Shown here piece after piece: positions 1-8,072 of a DNA stretch of 14,970 nt (within the stretch, counting starts at the first letter, position 1; the number at the start of each line of letters is the position of its first letter). The notes under the pieces were generated by a model, which worked only from the letters and a program-made list of their open reading frames with translations, ran no database searches and was not told the origin of the DNA. Source of the stretch: Archangium sp. (GTDB taxonomy: Bacteria > Myxococcota > Myxococcia > Myxococcales > Myxococcaceae); contig JANLPS010000074.1 of the NCBI GenBank assembly GCA_031367385.1, forward strand, positions 1 to 14,970, written 5' to 3'. The position numbers were made by a program, and so were the translations under genes.

Positions 1-2
1 CG

Positions 3-3000
3 TACGCCTTGACCGCCTCGGTCACCAACGGCGTCGCGATTTCGACCACGAACGTCGCGACCGTCACGGCACCCGCCACTGTGATCGACCCTTTTCCCGC
101 GAACAACTCGGCGTCTGACACCGACACCATCTCGGCCGTGCTGCGCGTGCTGACCGTCACCAAGTCTGGGCTCAGCACCGGCTTGGGCACGGTGACCTCA
201 GCCCCGGCTGGCATCACCTGCGGGCCCGCGTGCCCCTCTGCCAATGCGAGCTTCGGCGACGGGTCATCGGTGACGCTCACCGCCGTGGCTCAGCCGCTCA
301 ACCGCTTCGTCGGCTGGGGAGGCGCCTGCGCCGCCGCCGGCACTGCTCCGACGTGTACCGTGACCATGTCGGCCGCTCAGAACGTGACGGTGACCTTCAG
401 CGCCTGCGGCAACGGCACGCTCGATTCGACCGAAGGGTGCGACGACAGCAACATCACCACCGGCGACGGGTGCAACGGCTCGTGCCTGATTGAGACGGGC
501 ACCGCCTGCAACGCCAACGCGTCAGGTCTGACCGGCAGCTTCTCGTGCGCCAGCGGCATCTGCGACACGGCCGGCAACGCGGCGCCGGGCGTTTGTGAAG
601 CCGCCTCGACGTGTGGCAACAGCGCTCGCGAAGCCGGCGAAGGCTGCGATGACGGTAATCTCACCGCGGGCGACGGCTGCAATGCGTCGTGTCTCATCGA
701 GACCGGCAACACCTGCAACGCCAGCAGCCCGGGCGCGACGGGCAACGCCTCATGTGCGAGCGGCGTGTGCGACTCGGTCGGCAACGCGGCCCCGGGGAAG
801 TGTGAGGCCGTCAATACCTGCGGCAACAGCGTGCGCGAAGCGGGCGAAGGCTGCGACGACGGCAACCTCACCGTGGGCGACGGCTGCAACGCCAGCTGTA
901 AGGTCGAGACCGGTACGGCCTGCAATGGCTCGGCGCCTGGCTCCATCGGAGGCGCCTCGTGCGCGAGCGGCATCTGTGACGCGACGGGCAACGCCGCACC
1001 GGGTATCTGCGAGGCGATCAACACCTGCGGCAACGGCACCCGCGAAGCCGGCGAAGGCTGTGACGACGGCAACCTCGTCGCCGGTGATGGGTGCAACGCC
1101 TCGTGCAAAATCGAAACAACGCGCGCCTGTAACCAGACCGCGCCGGGCTCGACGGGCAACGCATCGTGCGCCAGCGGCCTGTGCGACACCGTCGGCAATG
1201 CGCTGCCTGGCGTCTGCGAAGCAATCAACACCTGTGGCAACGGTACGAGAGAAGCGGGCGAAGGCTGCGACGACGGCAACACCACGGCGGGCGACGGCTG
1301 CAACGCGACCTGCAAAGTCGAAACGGGCACTGCGTGCAACGGCAGCGCCCCAGGCCTGGTTGGCAGCGCCTCCTGCGCGAGCACACGCTGCGACACGGTG
1401 GGCAACGTGGCCCCGGGCATCTGCGAGGCGCTCGGCGTCTGCGGCAATGGGCTGCTTGAAGTCGGCGAAGGGTGTGACGACGGCAACCTGGCCACCGGCG
1501 ACGGCTGCAATGCGGCTTGCCGAGTCGAGACCGGTACCGCGTGCAACGCAGCCGCTCCCGGGTTGGTCGGCAGCAACTCGTGCGCAAGCTTGCTGTGCGA
1601 CACCGTCGGCAATGCCGCGCCCGGCATCTGTGAGGCCGCTGGGGCGTGTGGCAACAGCGTGCGCGAGGCGGGAGAAGGCTGCGACGACGGCAACCTCACC
1701 GCGGGCGACGGCTGCAACGCGACCTGCAAAGTCGAAACCGGCTCGGCGTGCAACGGCGCAGCACCGGGCACCATCGGAGGCGCTTCGTGCGCCAGCGGGT
1801 TGTGCGACACGGTCGGCAACGCGTCACCTGGCCGCTGCGAAGCCATCAACACCTGTGGCAACGGAGCACTCGAGGCCGGTGAAGGCTGTGACGACGGCAA
1901 CCTCACCAGCGGAGATGGTTGCAACGATGTCTGCAAGGTCGAAAATGGCCGTGCGTGCAATGGCGCGGGCCCCGGCTCGACCGGCAGCGCATCGTGCGCG
2001 AGCGGGCTCTGCGACACGGTCGGCAATACGGCGCCCGGTGTCTGCGAAGCGCTGAACGCCTGCGGCAACGGCGTGCGCGAAGGCGTCGAGGGCTGTGATG
2101 ACGGCAACCTCACCATCGGTGACGGCTGCAACGCGACCTGCAAAGTCGAGACGGGCAACGCCTGCAACGGCGCGGCGCCCGGGTCGGTCGGCAATACGTC
2201 GTGTGCGAGCGGCCAGTGCGACTCCATCGGCAACGCAGCGCCCGGCGTCTGTGAAGCGCTCAACGTCTGCGGCAACGGCCTCATCGAGGCCACAGAGGGC
2301 TGCGACGATGGCAACCTCACCGCCGGCGATGGCTGCAACGGCACCTGCCGCATCGAGACCGGCACCGCGTGCAACGGCTCGGGCCCCGGCTCGACCGGCA
2401 ACGCCTCGTGCGCCAGCGGCTTGTGCGACGCCATCGGCAACACCGTGCCTGGCGTGTGTGAAGCCATCGGCGCCTGCGGCAACGGGCTGCGCGAAACGGG
2501 TGAGGGCTGTGATGACGCCAACACCACTGCCGGTGATGGCTGCGGCCCGACGTGTCTCATCGAGAATGGCCGCGTCTGCGCTTCGACCGGGCCAGGCTTC
2601 ACCGACAACCGCTCGTGTGAGAGCGGCATCTGCGACGCGCTCGGCAACGCGGCGCCCGGGGTGTGCGAACCCGCCAGTACCTGCGGCAACAGCGTGCGCG
2701 AGGCCGGTGAAGGGTGTGACGACGGCAACGCCACCGCGGGCGATGGCTGCAGCGCCACCTGTCTCATCGAGAACGCGCGGGCGTGCAACGTGTCGACCCC
2801 AGGGGTCGTCAACAACGCGTCATGCGTGAGTGGAGTCTGCGACACCACCGGCAACGCCTCGCCCGGCCTTTGCGAGTCGGCGGGCGTGTGCGGCAACGGC
2901 GTGCGCGAAGCAGGCGAAGGCTGCGACGACGGCAACGCGTCGCCAGGTGATGGCTGCAACGCCACGTGCCTGGTTGAAAATGGCGCGGCGTGTAACGGCA

Positions 3001-6000
3001 ACGCTCCCGGAGCGACGGGGAGCGCCTCGTGTGCGAGCGGCGACTGCAACACCACGAACGGCGCGCCTGGGGTCTGCCGGGCCAACAACAGCTGCGGCAA
3101 CGGAGTTCGAGAATCGGCCGAGGGCTGCGACGACGGCAACACCACCACGGGCGATGGGTGCAACGCGACGTGCCTGATCGAGAACGGCACCGCCTGCAAT
3201 GCGGCTGCTCCAGGCGCGAGTGGCAATGCCTCGTGCGCGAGTGGCGTGTGCGACGTGACGGGCCAATCGGCACCGGGCGTCTGCGAAGCGGCCAATGCCT
3301 GTGGCAACGGCGTGCGTGAGGCGAGCGAAGGCTGTGACGACGGCAACGTGGCAGGCGGCGATGGCTGCAGCGCGACCTGCCTCATCGAGACCGGCAAGGC
3401 CTGCAACGCCTCGCTGCCCGGGGCGACCGGAAGCAGCTCATGTGTTGGCGGGGTCTGCGACGTGACGGGCCACGCGGCTCCGGGTGTGTGCGCGACGGCG
3501 AACACCTGCGGCAACGGGGTGCGTGAAGCCGGAGAAGGCTGTGACGATGGCAACACCACCGCCGGTGACGGGTGCAGCGCTGTCTGCCTGCTCGACGAAG
3601 GGCAGCGGTGCAACACGCAGACGCCAGGCGCGGTCGGCAACGCCTCGTGTTCCAACGGGCGTTGCGACAACACCACTGGCACCTGCCGCAGCGGCGGCGG
3701 CGGCGATCGCGATGGTGATGGGGTGCCTGACGTCGACGACCTCGACGACGACAACGACGGCATCACCGACGTGATGGAGGGAGGCCCCGACACCGATACC
3801 GATGGTGACGGCGTGCCAGATCGCCTCGACCTCGACAGCGATGGCGACGGCATTCTCGACGCCTTTGAAGCAGGCCACAGCCAGCCGATCAGCACCACCG
3901 GTGTCTTGGTGTGCGCTGGTGGGTTCGGCACCAACGGGCTGTGCGACGCGCTCGAGACGACTCCGGGTTCGGGCAAGGTCTCGTACGCAGGCAATGGCAC
4001 CGAGACCACGAAGGCCATCGATACCGATGGTGACGGAGTGCCGGATTTCCGTGACCTGGACTCCGACAACGACGGCATTCTCGATGCGACTGAAGGCGGG
4101 GGCTCGTGCGTCGACGGCGATGCGAATGGCCTCTGCGACGGGTCTGACGGCGATGGCGACGGCATCTCGAGCTCGGCTGATCCCTCGGGCGGCAAGTGGG
4201 GCTCGGGGCTCAACATGGCTCCCGTCGACACCGACGGAGACGGCGTGCCTGATTTCAGAGACCTCGACAGCGACAACGATGGGCTCTCAGACCTGGTCGA
4301 AGGCGGCTCGAGCTGCACCGACACTGACCATGACGCGCTGTGCGACGGCGTTGATGTCGATGGTGACGGGCTGCGCAGCACTGGCGACGGCACGCCAAAC
4401 GCGCGCGGTACGTCGTCGGCCTCCACTCCGCCAGACACCGACGGTGACGGAGTGCCCGACTTCAGAGACCTCGACAGCGACGATGACGGTCTGGCTGACC
4501 TGGTTGAAGGTGGCTCGACCTGCACTGACGCGAACAACGACGCGGTGTGCGACGCAGGTGATGCCGACCACGACGGGTTGACGGACTCCGCCGATGGCAA
4601 GCCTGCCGTCTTCGGGAGTGGCTCCGACAAGCAGCCCACGGTGCCCGACACCGACAGCGACGGCGTGCCCGACTTTCGAGATCTGCAGTCGAAGGGCGAT
4701 GGCACCTTCGACATTGTTAGGGCCGGCAAGGCGCGGCTCGATGCCGACCACGATGGCCGCATCGACCCTGGCGCCGACATTGATCACGACGGCCTGCGCG
4801 ACTCGGTTGATCAGCTGATCGGCACCTTCGGCGGGCTCCCGCTGGCTGCTGGGTACCGCGTCACCGGCGGTGGGTGCGGGTGCTCCTCGGGTGATGACTC
4901 CGCGGTGCCGGGCGTCTTCTTGTTCGTGGGGCTCTTCATCTGGGCCTCCAAGCGGAGGCGCCTTCAGCGTCGCGTCGTGAGCCGAGGCGTCGGCGTCGCG
5001 CTGTGCGTGCTGGTGGCGCAGAGCGCGCTCGCCCAAACGAGCACCGCGATCGACGTGCAGCAGTTCAAGCCCGGCCCGGGCAAGTACGACTTGCTGAATG
5101 TGATGTCGCCGCAGACCTGCGGGGCCGGCTGTTTTGCGACCGGGCTCTGGTTTCAGTACTCGAGAAACCCACTGCAGCTGTCAGACCTGTCGAACAATCG
5201 CATCGGGCGACTCGTCGACAACCAGTTCACCGCTGACTTGCTGCAGACTTTTGGGCTGACCGAGCGCATTGATCTCGGGTTTCATCTGCCGCTCTACATT
5301 CAAAGCACCGGCGCGTCAGACCTCACCAACCCCAACTACTTCGGTGCAGGGTGGGTCTTCGGGGCGGGCGACCTGCGCGTCGTGCCGCGCGTGCGACTGG
5401 TGACTTTTGATTTCGGCCTCTCACTTGGCCTGGCCCTGCCGGTGGTGCTCCCGACCGGGCGAATCGATGCCTTCATGGGAGGGCGGTATCTCGGGTTGCA
5501 GCCGAGGCTTCTGGGAGAATTCAAGAAGGGCGGGTTGACGGTCGACCTGAACCTCGGCGTGAACTTTCGGCACTTTCAGCAGCTGGCCAATGTCTCCGCG
5601 GGCAATGAGTTCGCCTGGAGCGCAGCGGGTGAGTACCGATTGCAGGCGGGGAACCTGCCGTTGTCCGTGCTCGCAGGCATCTTCGGCAACGTCGGGTTGC
5701 GCGACGGTGGTCAGTACGCGGGCGGCCGAATGGTCGAGGCCGACATTGGGGTGAAGTCGACGTTGCAAGATCGCTGGGCGTTGGGTCTGACCATCGGCCG
5801 CGGCATCGTGACTGGCGTGGGTTCTCCAGATGTTCGCGTGGCGCTCAGCGTGAGCTACCTGCCCGCGTGCGGCCCCGCTGGCCCGAGCGACCGCGATGGT
5901 GACGGCATCCCTGACGCGGTTGATCAGTGCCCCAACGAGCCAGAAGACCGAGATTGCTTTCAAGACGACGACGGGTGCCCAGACCCAGACAACGACAAAG

Positions 6001-6764
6001 ACGGCATTCTCGACGCGGTCGATGCGTGCCCGCTCGAGAAAGAAACCGTCAATGGGTATCGCGACGATGACGGCTGCCCCGAGAAGGACACCGACGGCGA
6101 CGGCATTTTCGACGAGGTCGACAAGTGCCCGACCGTTGCTGAAAACAAGAACGGCATCGAAGACACCGATGGGTGCCCCGAGCTCGACAGTGACGGCGAC
6201 GGCATCTTCGATTCGGTCGACAAGTGCCCGAACGCGCCTGAAGACAAAGACGGCTTCGAAGACGACGACGGCTGCCCAGACCCCGACAACGACAAAGACG
6301 GCATCCCCGATGTGAAGGACAAGTGCCCGCTGCAGCCCGAGACGATCAACGGCATCGAAGACACCGATGGGTGCCCCGACGAGGGCGAGTCGAAGGTCAA
6401 GCTCGAGGGCAACAAGATTCTGATTCTCGACAAGGTGTACTTCGCCACCGGGCAAGACGTGATCTTGAGCCGCTCGTTCAACCTCTTGACGCAGGTGGCG
6501 TCGACGTTGCTCGCGCATGAAGAGCTCAAGAAGGTGCGCGTCGAGGGTCACACCGATGACCGTGGCGATGACCGCGCCAACCTTGATCTCTCACAACGCC
6601 GGGCCGCGAGCGTGAAGCGCTTCTTGGTCGAACGTGGCGTGGCGGCGACCCGGCTCGAGGCCGTTGGCTATGGTGAAGTGAAACCGGTCGCTCCCAACAC
6701 GACGCCCGCCAATCGTGAGATGAATCGGCGCGTCGAATTCGTCATTGTGGGCTCAGACGACTGA
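3..6764 (+). CDS. Giant cell-surface Cys-rich repeat protein fused to a TraB-like OmpA-family outer-membrane module (5'-partial)
   Basis: The frame is open from the window edge (TAC GCC TTG ACC...), so TTG at 9 is unlikely to be the true start. Stop TGA at 6762-6764. Domains by eye: DUF11-like end (TNVATV..DPFPANNSASDT), B-repeat, 16 CGNG..EGCDDGN..GDGC repeats, DxDGDG repeats, GGGCGCS-TM-KRRR, barrel, TSP3-like repeats, OmpA C-terminal domain (VEGHTDDRG..NLDLSQRRA..GYGE..NRRVEF). Confidence 0.93.
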   Translation, partial: YALTASVTNGVAISTTNVATVTAPATVIDPFPANNSASDTDTISAVLRVLTVTKSGLSTGLGTVTSAPAGITCGPACPSANASFGDGSSVTLTAVAQPLNRFVGWGGACAAAGTAPTCTVTMSAAQNVTVTFSACGNGTLDSTEGCDDSNITTGDGCNGSCLIETGTACNANASGLTGSFSCASGICDTAGNAAPGVCEAASTCGNSAREAGEGCDDGNLTAGDGCNASCLIETGNTCNASSPGATGNASCASGVCDSVGNAAPGKCEAVNTCGNSVREAGEGCDDGNLTVGDGCNASCKVETGTACNGSAPGSIGGASCASGICDATGNAAPGICEAINTCGNGTREAGEGCDDGNLVAGDGCNASCKIETTRACNQTAPGSTGNASCASGLCDTVGNALPGVCEAINTCGNGTREAGEGCDDGNTTAGDGCNATCKVETGTACNGSAPGLVGSASCASTRCDTVGNVAPGICEALGVCGNGLLEVGEGCDDGNLATGDGCNAACRVETGTACNAAAPGLVGSNSCASLLCDTVGNAAPGICEAAGACGNSVREAGEGCDDGNLTAGDGCNATCKVETGSACNGAAPGTIGGASCASGLCDTVGNASPGRCEAINTCGNGALEAGEGCDDGNLTSGDGCNDVCKVENGRACNGAGPGSTGSASCASGLCDTVGNTAPGVCEALNACGNGVREGVEGCDDGNLTIGDGCNATCKVETGNACNGAAPGSVGNTSCASGQCDSIGNAAPGVCEALNVCGNGLIEATEGCDDGNLTAGDGCNGTCRIETGTACNGSGPGSTGNASCASGLCDAIGNTVPGVCEAIGACGNGLRETGEGCDDANTTAGDGCGPTCLIENGRVCASTGPGFTDNRSCESGICDALGNAAPGVCEPASTCGNSVREAGEGCDDGNATAGDGCSATCLIENARACNVSTPGVVNNASCVSGVCDTTGNASPGLCESAGVCGNGVREAGEGCDDGNASPGDGCNATCLVENGAACNGNAPGATGSASCASGDCNTTNGAPGVCRANNSCGNGVRESAEGCDDGNTTTGDGCNATCLIENGTACNAAAPGASGNASCASGVCDVTGQSAPGVCEAANACGNGVREASEGCDDGNVAGGDGCSATCLIETGKACNASLPGATGSSSCVGGVCDVTGHAAPGVCATANTCGNGVREAGEGCDDGNTTAGDGCSAVCLLDEGQRCNTQTPGAVGNASCSNGRCDNTTGTCRSGGGGDRDGDGVPDVDDLDDDNDGITDVMEGGPDTDTDGDGVPDRLDLDSDGDGILDAFEAGHSQPISTTGVLVCAGGFGTNGLCDALETTPGSGKVSYAGNGTETTKAIDTDGDGVPDFRDLDSDNDGILDATEGGGSCVDGDANGLCDGSDGDGDGISSSADPSGGKWGSGLNMAPVDTDGDGVPDFRDLDSDNDGLSDLVEGGSSCTDTDHDALCDGVDVDGDGLRSTGDGTPNARGTSSASTPPDTDGDGVPDFRDLDSDDDGLADLVEGGSTCTDANNDAVCDAGDADHDGLTDSADGKPAVFGSGSDKQPTVPDTDSDGVPDFRDLQSKGDGTFDIVRAGKARLDADHDGRIDPGADIDHDGLRDSVDQLIGTFGGLPLAAGYRVTGGGCGCSSGDDSAVPGVFLFVGLFIWASKRRRLQRRVVSRGVGVALCVLVAQSALAQTSTAIDVQQFKPGPGKYDLLNVMSPQTCGAGCFATGLWFQYSRNPLQLSDLSNNRIGRLVDNQFTADLLQTFGLTERIDLGFHLPLYIQSTGASDLTNPNYFGAGWVFGAGDLRVVPRVRLVTFDFGLSLGLALPVVLPTGRIDAFMGGRYLGLQPRLLGEFKKGGLTVDLNLGVNFRHFQQLANVSAGNEFAWSAAGEYRLQAGNLPLSVLAGIFGNVGLRDGGQYAGGRMVEADIGVKSTLQDRWALGLTIGRGIVTGVGSPDVRVALSVSYLPACGPAGPSDRDGDGIPDAVDQCPNEPEDRDCFQDDDGCPDPDNDKDGILDAVDACPLEKETVNGYRDDDGCPEKDTDGDGIFDEVDKCPTVAENKNGIEDTDGCPELDSDGDGIFDSVDKCPNAPEDKDGFEDDDGCPDPDNDKDGIPDVKDKCPLQPETINGIEDTDGCPDEGESKVKLEGNKILILDKVYFATGQDVILSRSFNLLTQVASTLLAHEELKKVRVEGHTDDRGDDRANLDLSQRRAASVKRFLVERGVAATRLEAVGYGEVKPVAPNTTPANREMNRRVEFVIVGSDD
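144..398 (+). other. Divergent InlB B-repeat-like (bacterial repeat) domain within the giant ORF
   Basis: LTVTKSG..G.GTVTSAPAGITCG..C..SF..GSSVTLTA..FVGWGGAC..TCTVTMSAAQNVTVTF has the typical family pattern. Confidence 0.8.
405..3686 (+). repeat. 16 tandem 207-bp (69-aa) Cys-rich coding repeats; first half is Myxococcus cysteine-rich repeat/DUF4215-like
   Basis: Units start at 405, 612, 819 ... 2889, 3093, 3300, 3507. Unit 13 is 204 bp and unit 16 is shortened. Each has 8 Cys: CGN..EGCDDGN..GDGC...C..E.G..C......G.....SC..G.CD..G...PG.C. Confidence 0.95.
3705..4810 (+). repeat. Asp-rich putative Ca2+-binding (thrombospondin type-3-like) repeats
   Basis: DTD(G/S)DGVPDFRDL recurs at 4020, 4227, 4434 and 4647, with many further DxDxDG motifs. 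Confidence 0.85.
4866..4961 (+). other. Internal MYXO-CTERM-like sorting signal
   Basis: GGGCGCSSG, short spacer, hydrophobic VPGVFLFVGLFIWAS, then KRRR. This is the Cys motif/TM/Arg-cluster layout of MYXO-CTERM, but it lies about 600 aa before the stop. Confidence 0.8.
4962..5033 (+). other. Second, internal Sec-type signal peptide with SPase I site ALA|Q
   Basis: Basic region (RRRLQRRVVSR), hydrophobic GVGVALCVLVA, then QSALA|QT. A-x-A is at 5025-5033. Confidence 0.65.
5034..6761 (+). other. TraB-like module: predicted beta-barrel (~5034-5870), TSP3-like repeats (5889-6380), OmpA-like peptidoglycan-binding domain (~6417-6750)
   Basis: Amphipathic strands ending PDVRVALSVSY, GAGDLRVVPRVRL, repeated DxDGDGI.D..D.CP...ED.DG..D.DGCPD, and canonical OmpA C-terminal motifs. 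Confidence 0.8.
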
Positions 6765-6770
6765 ACGAGG

Positions 6771-6797
6771 GTCCTTCGAGTCCCTCAGGACGAACGG
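6771..6797. repeat. REP-like bulged hairpin between convergent reading frames
   Basis: GTCCT-TC-GAG-TCC-CTC-AGGAC followed by GAACGG. It lies 6 nt after the stop of the giant ORF and has no U-tract. Confidence 0.5.
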
Positions 6798-6801
6798 TGG
6801 G

Positions 6802-6980
6802 CTACGGCAGCCGTCTGCCCGAGTACAGCATCGTGCCCGAAGGCCCAGTCAGTACGTGCACGGCTTGACCGTTCGCCACGATGTTCCACGGGTGGTTGGT
6901 GTCACCCACGTTGGTCGTGTCGATCGCGCGGGTGCTGGTTTGCCACGTGGTGCCGTAATCGGGCGAGAACATGTACCCCG
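6802..6980 (-). pseudogene. Orphan 3' fragment of a BNR/Asp-box (sialidase-like propeller) protein gene
   Basis: The minus frame reads GYMFSPDYGTTWQTSTRAIDTT..HPWNIVANGQAVHVLTGPSGTMLYSGRRLP*. The Asp-box SPDYGTTW is at 6943-6966. There is no room for an N-terminus before the esterase stop at 7007. Confidence 0.5.
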
Positions 6981-7006
6981 CGGGGTCTCGAACACATGCG
7001 TTCTGG

Positions 7007-7978
7007 TCAGGTGGGTGGGCCCAAGAAGAGCTCGACCGCCTTCGCTGGCATGTCGAGATCATGATTCGTTTCGCCCAGCGCCCGGGGGAAGCGGAAGGTG
7101 CGCTGGGGCACGGCGTGGCCCCCGTTCTTCACCACGTAGTGAACGACGTACGGCGCGCCGTCACGCAACCAGGTGTACGACTCGACTGACGTCGCTGTGC
7201 CCGCAGCGGGGAGGGTTGCTTGAATCGGCTGCTCCGTGAGCCCGTTGACGCGAGCGAAGTGCCCAGCCGTGTCGGCAGCTGAACGCGCGAAGCCGCGGCT
7301 CGCCAAGCCGAACATGGTGACCTCTCCGCCCTCGAAGGGCACGAGCGGGTCGTTGGTGCCGCTCACCACCATCACCAGCGGAGTCGGCTTGCTGGTATCG
7401 CAGCCCATGTTGTCACTCGAAGGCAGCGTCGAACCGGCGACCGCGAGCCCCGACAGCACCTCTGGCGTTTCGAACGCCAACCGAAAGGCCATCTGGCCGC
7501 CATTTGAATACCCGAACGCGTAGACCCGGTCGGTCGCGATGCCGTTGGTCTCGTGCAGGTGCGCGATGAGGGCCTTGAGAAACCCGACATCGTCGACGTT
7601 CTCGAGCTTCGCGGGGTACTTGGCGGCCCTTCTGCAGTCATTCCAATTGCCCTTGTAGCCATCGGGGTACGCGACGACGAACCCGCGTTGATCAGCCAGC
7701 GCATCGAGCTCGAAGCCCGTCCACTCGCGCATTTGCGCGCCGGTCATGGTCGAGCCGTGCAAGACCAGAAGCAGCGGTGCTCCGGCAGGCAACTTCTCGG
7801 GCGCGTAGGCCCAGAACGTTCGGTCGCGCGTGCCGACCCGCAGTGTGTCACGCCGAGCCGTTGACGAGAGCTTCGGCACCTCGGGCACGGGCGCATACCC
7901 AAGCACCAGGTACGCGGCCGCCAGCGCGACGAGAATCACGAAGCCGATGCCTGCAGCGACCTTCAGGTATTTGCGCAC
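7007..7978 (-). CDS. LpqC-like / PHB-depolymerase-family alpha/beta-hydrolase (exported or membrane-anchored esterase)
   Basis: GTG start at 7978 with AAGGA upstream. N-terminal hydrophobic helix, LVLHGS oxyanion motif, GFVVAYPDG, DDVGF, nucleophile GYSNGG, GTNDP (Asp) and GGHAVP (His). Confidence 0.9.
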   Translation of the reverse strand: MRKYLKVAAGIGFVILVALAAAYLVLGYAPVPEVPKLSSTARRDTLRVGTRDRTFWAYAPEKLPAGAPLLLVLHGSTMTGAQMREWTGFELDALADQRGFVVAYPDGYKGNWNDCRRAAKYPAKLENVDDVGFLKALIAHLHETNGIATDRVYAFGYSNGGQMAFRLAFETPEVLSGLAVAGSTLPSSDNMGCDTSKPTPLVMVVSGTNDPLVPFEGGEVTMFGLASRGFARSAADTAGHFARVNGLTEQPIQATLPAAGTATSVESYTWLRDGAPYVVHYVVKNGGHAVPQRTFRFPRALGETNHDLDMPAKAVELFLGPPT

Positions 7979-8072
7979 GTCGTATTCCTTCGAAATTGCG
8001 GGTCGATCTCGCAGCGGGAGGCCTGGGCGGCGTTTACAACAAGCGCTCCTCATTCACCGAAAAGAGCGCGCC

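Noticed and set aside
405..3686. Regularly spaced DNA repeats as a CRISPR-like or non-coding array
   Set aside because: Units are 207 bp, in frame and diverge largely at synonymous positions. There is no repeat-spacer structure and no cas genes.
4020..4647. Asp-rich repeats share the 207-bp period of the Cys repeats
   Set aside because: The sequences are unrelated and the third interval is 213 bp, so this is probably coincidence.
377..4780. 1467-aa antisense ORF
   Set aside because: In-register shadow of the GC-rich repeat gene. Its Pro/Ser/Gln-rich repeats are the reverse-complement of the Cys/Gly/Asp codons and show no independent domain signal.
4954..4979. GGAGG plus GTG as an internal restart for the TraB-like half
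   Set aside because: The spacing is 18 nt, too long for a Shine-Dalgarno. GGAGG is explained by Arg codons. Not excluded, but unsupported.
595..6551. Many alternative-frame ORFs inside the giant gene (e.g. 595..2055, 3802..4581, 5421..6551)
   Set aside because: Ala/Arg/Thr-rich off-frame translations typical of high-GC coding DNA.
3..6764. Naming the gene traA, traB or agmC
   Set aside because: Only architectural similarity is visible. The N-terminus is outside the window and orthology cannot be shown.
7830..8072. Extended starts for the esterase (8053) and lipoprotein (7830)
   Set aside because: They would overlap each other and bury the export signals. Shorter starts have RBS-like sequences.
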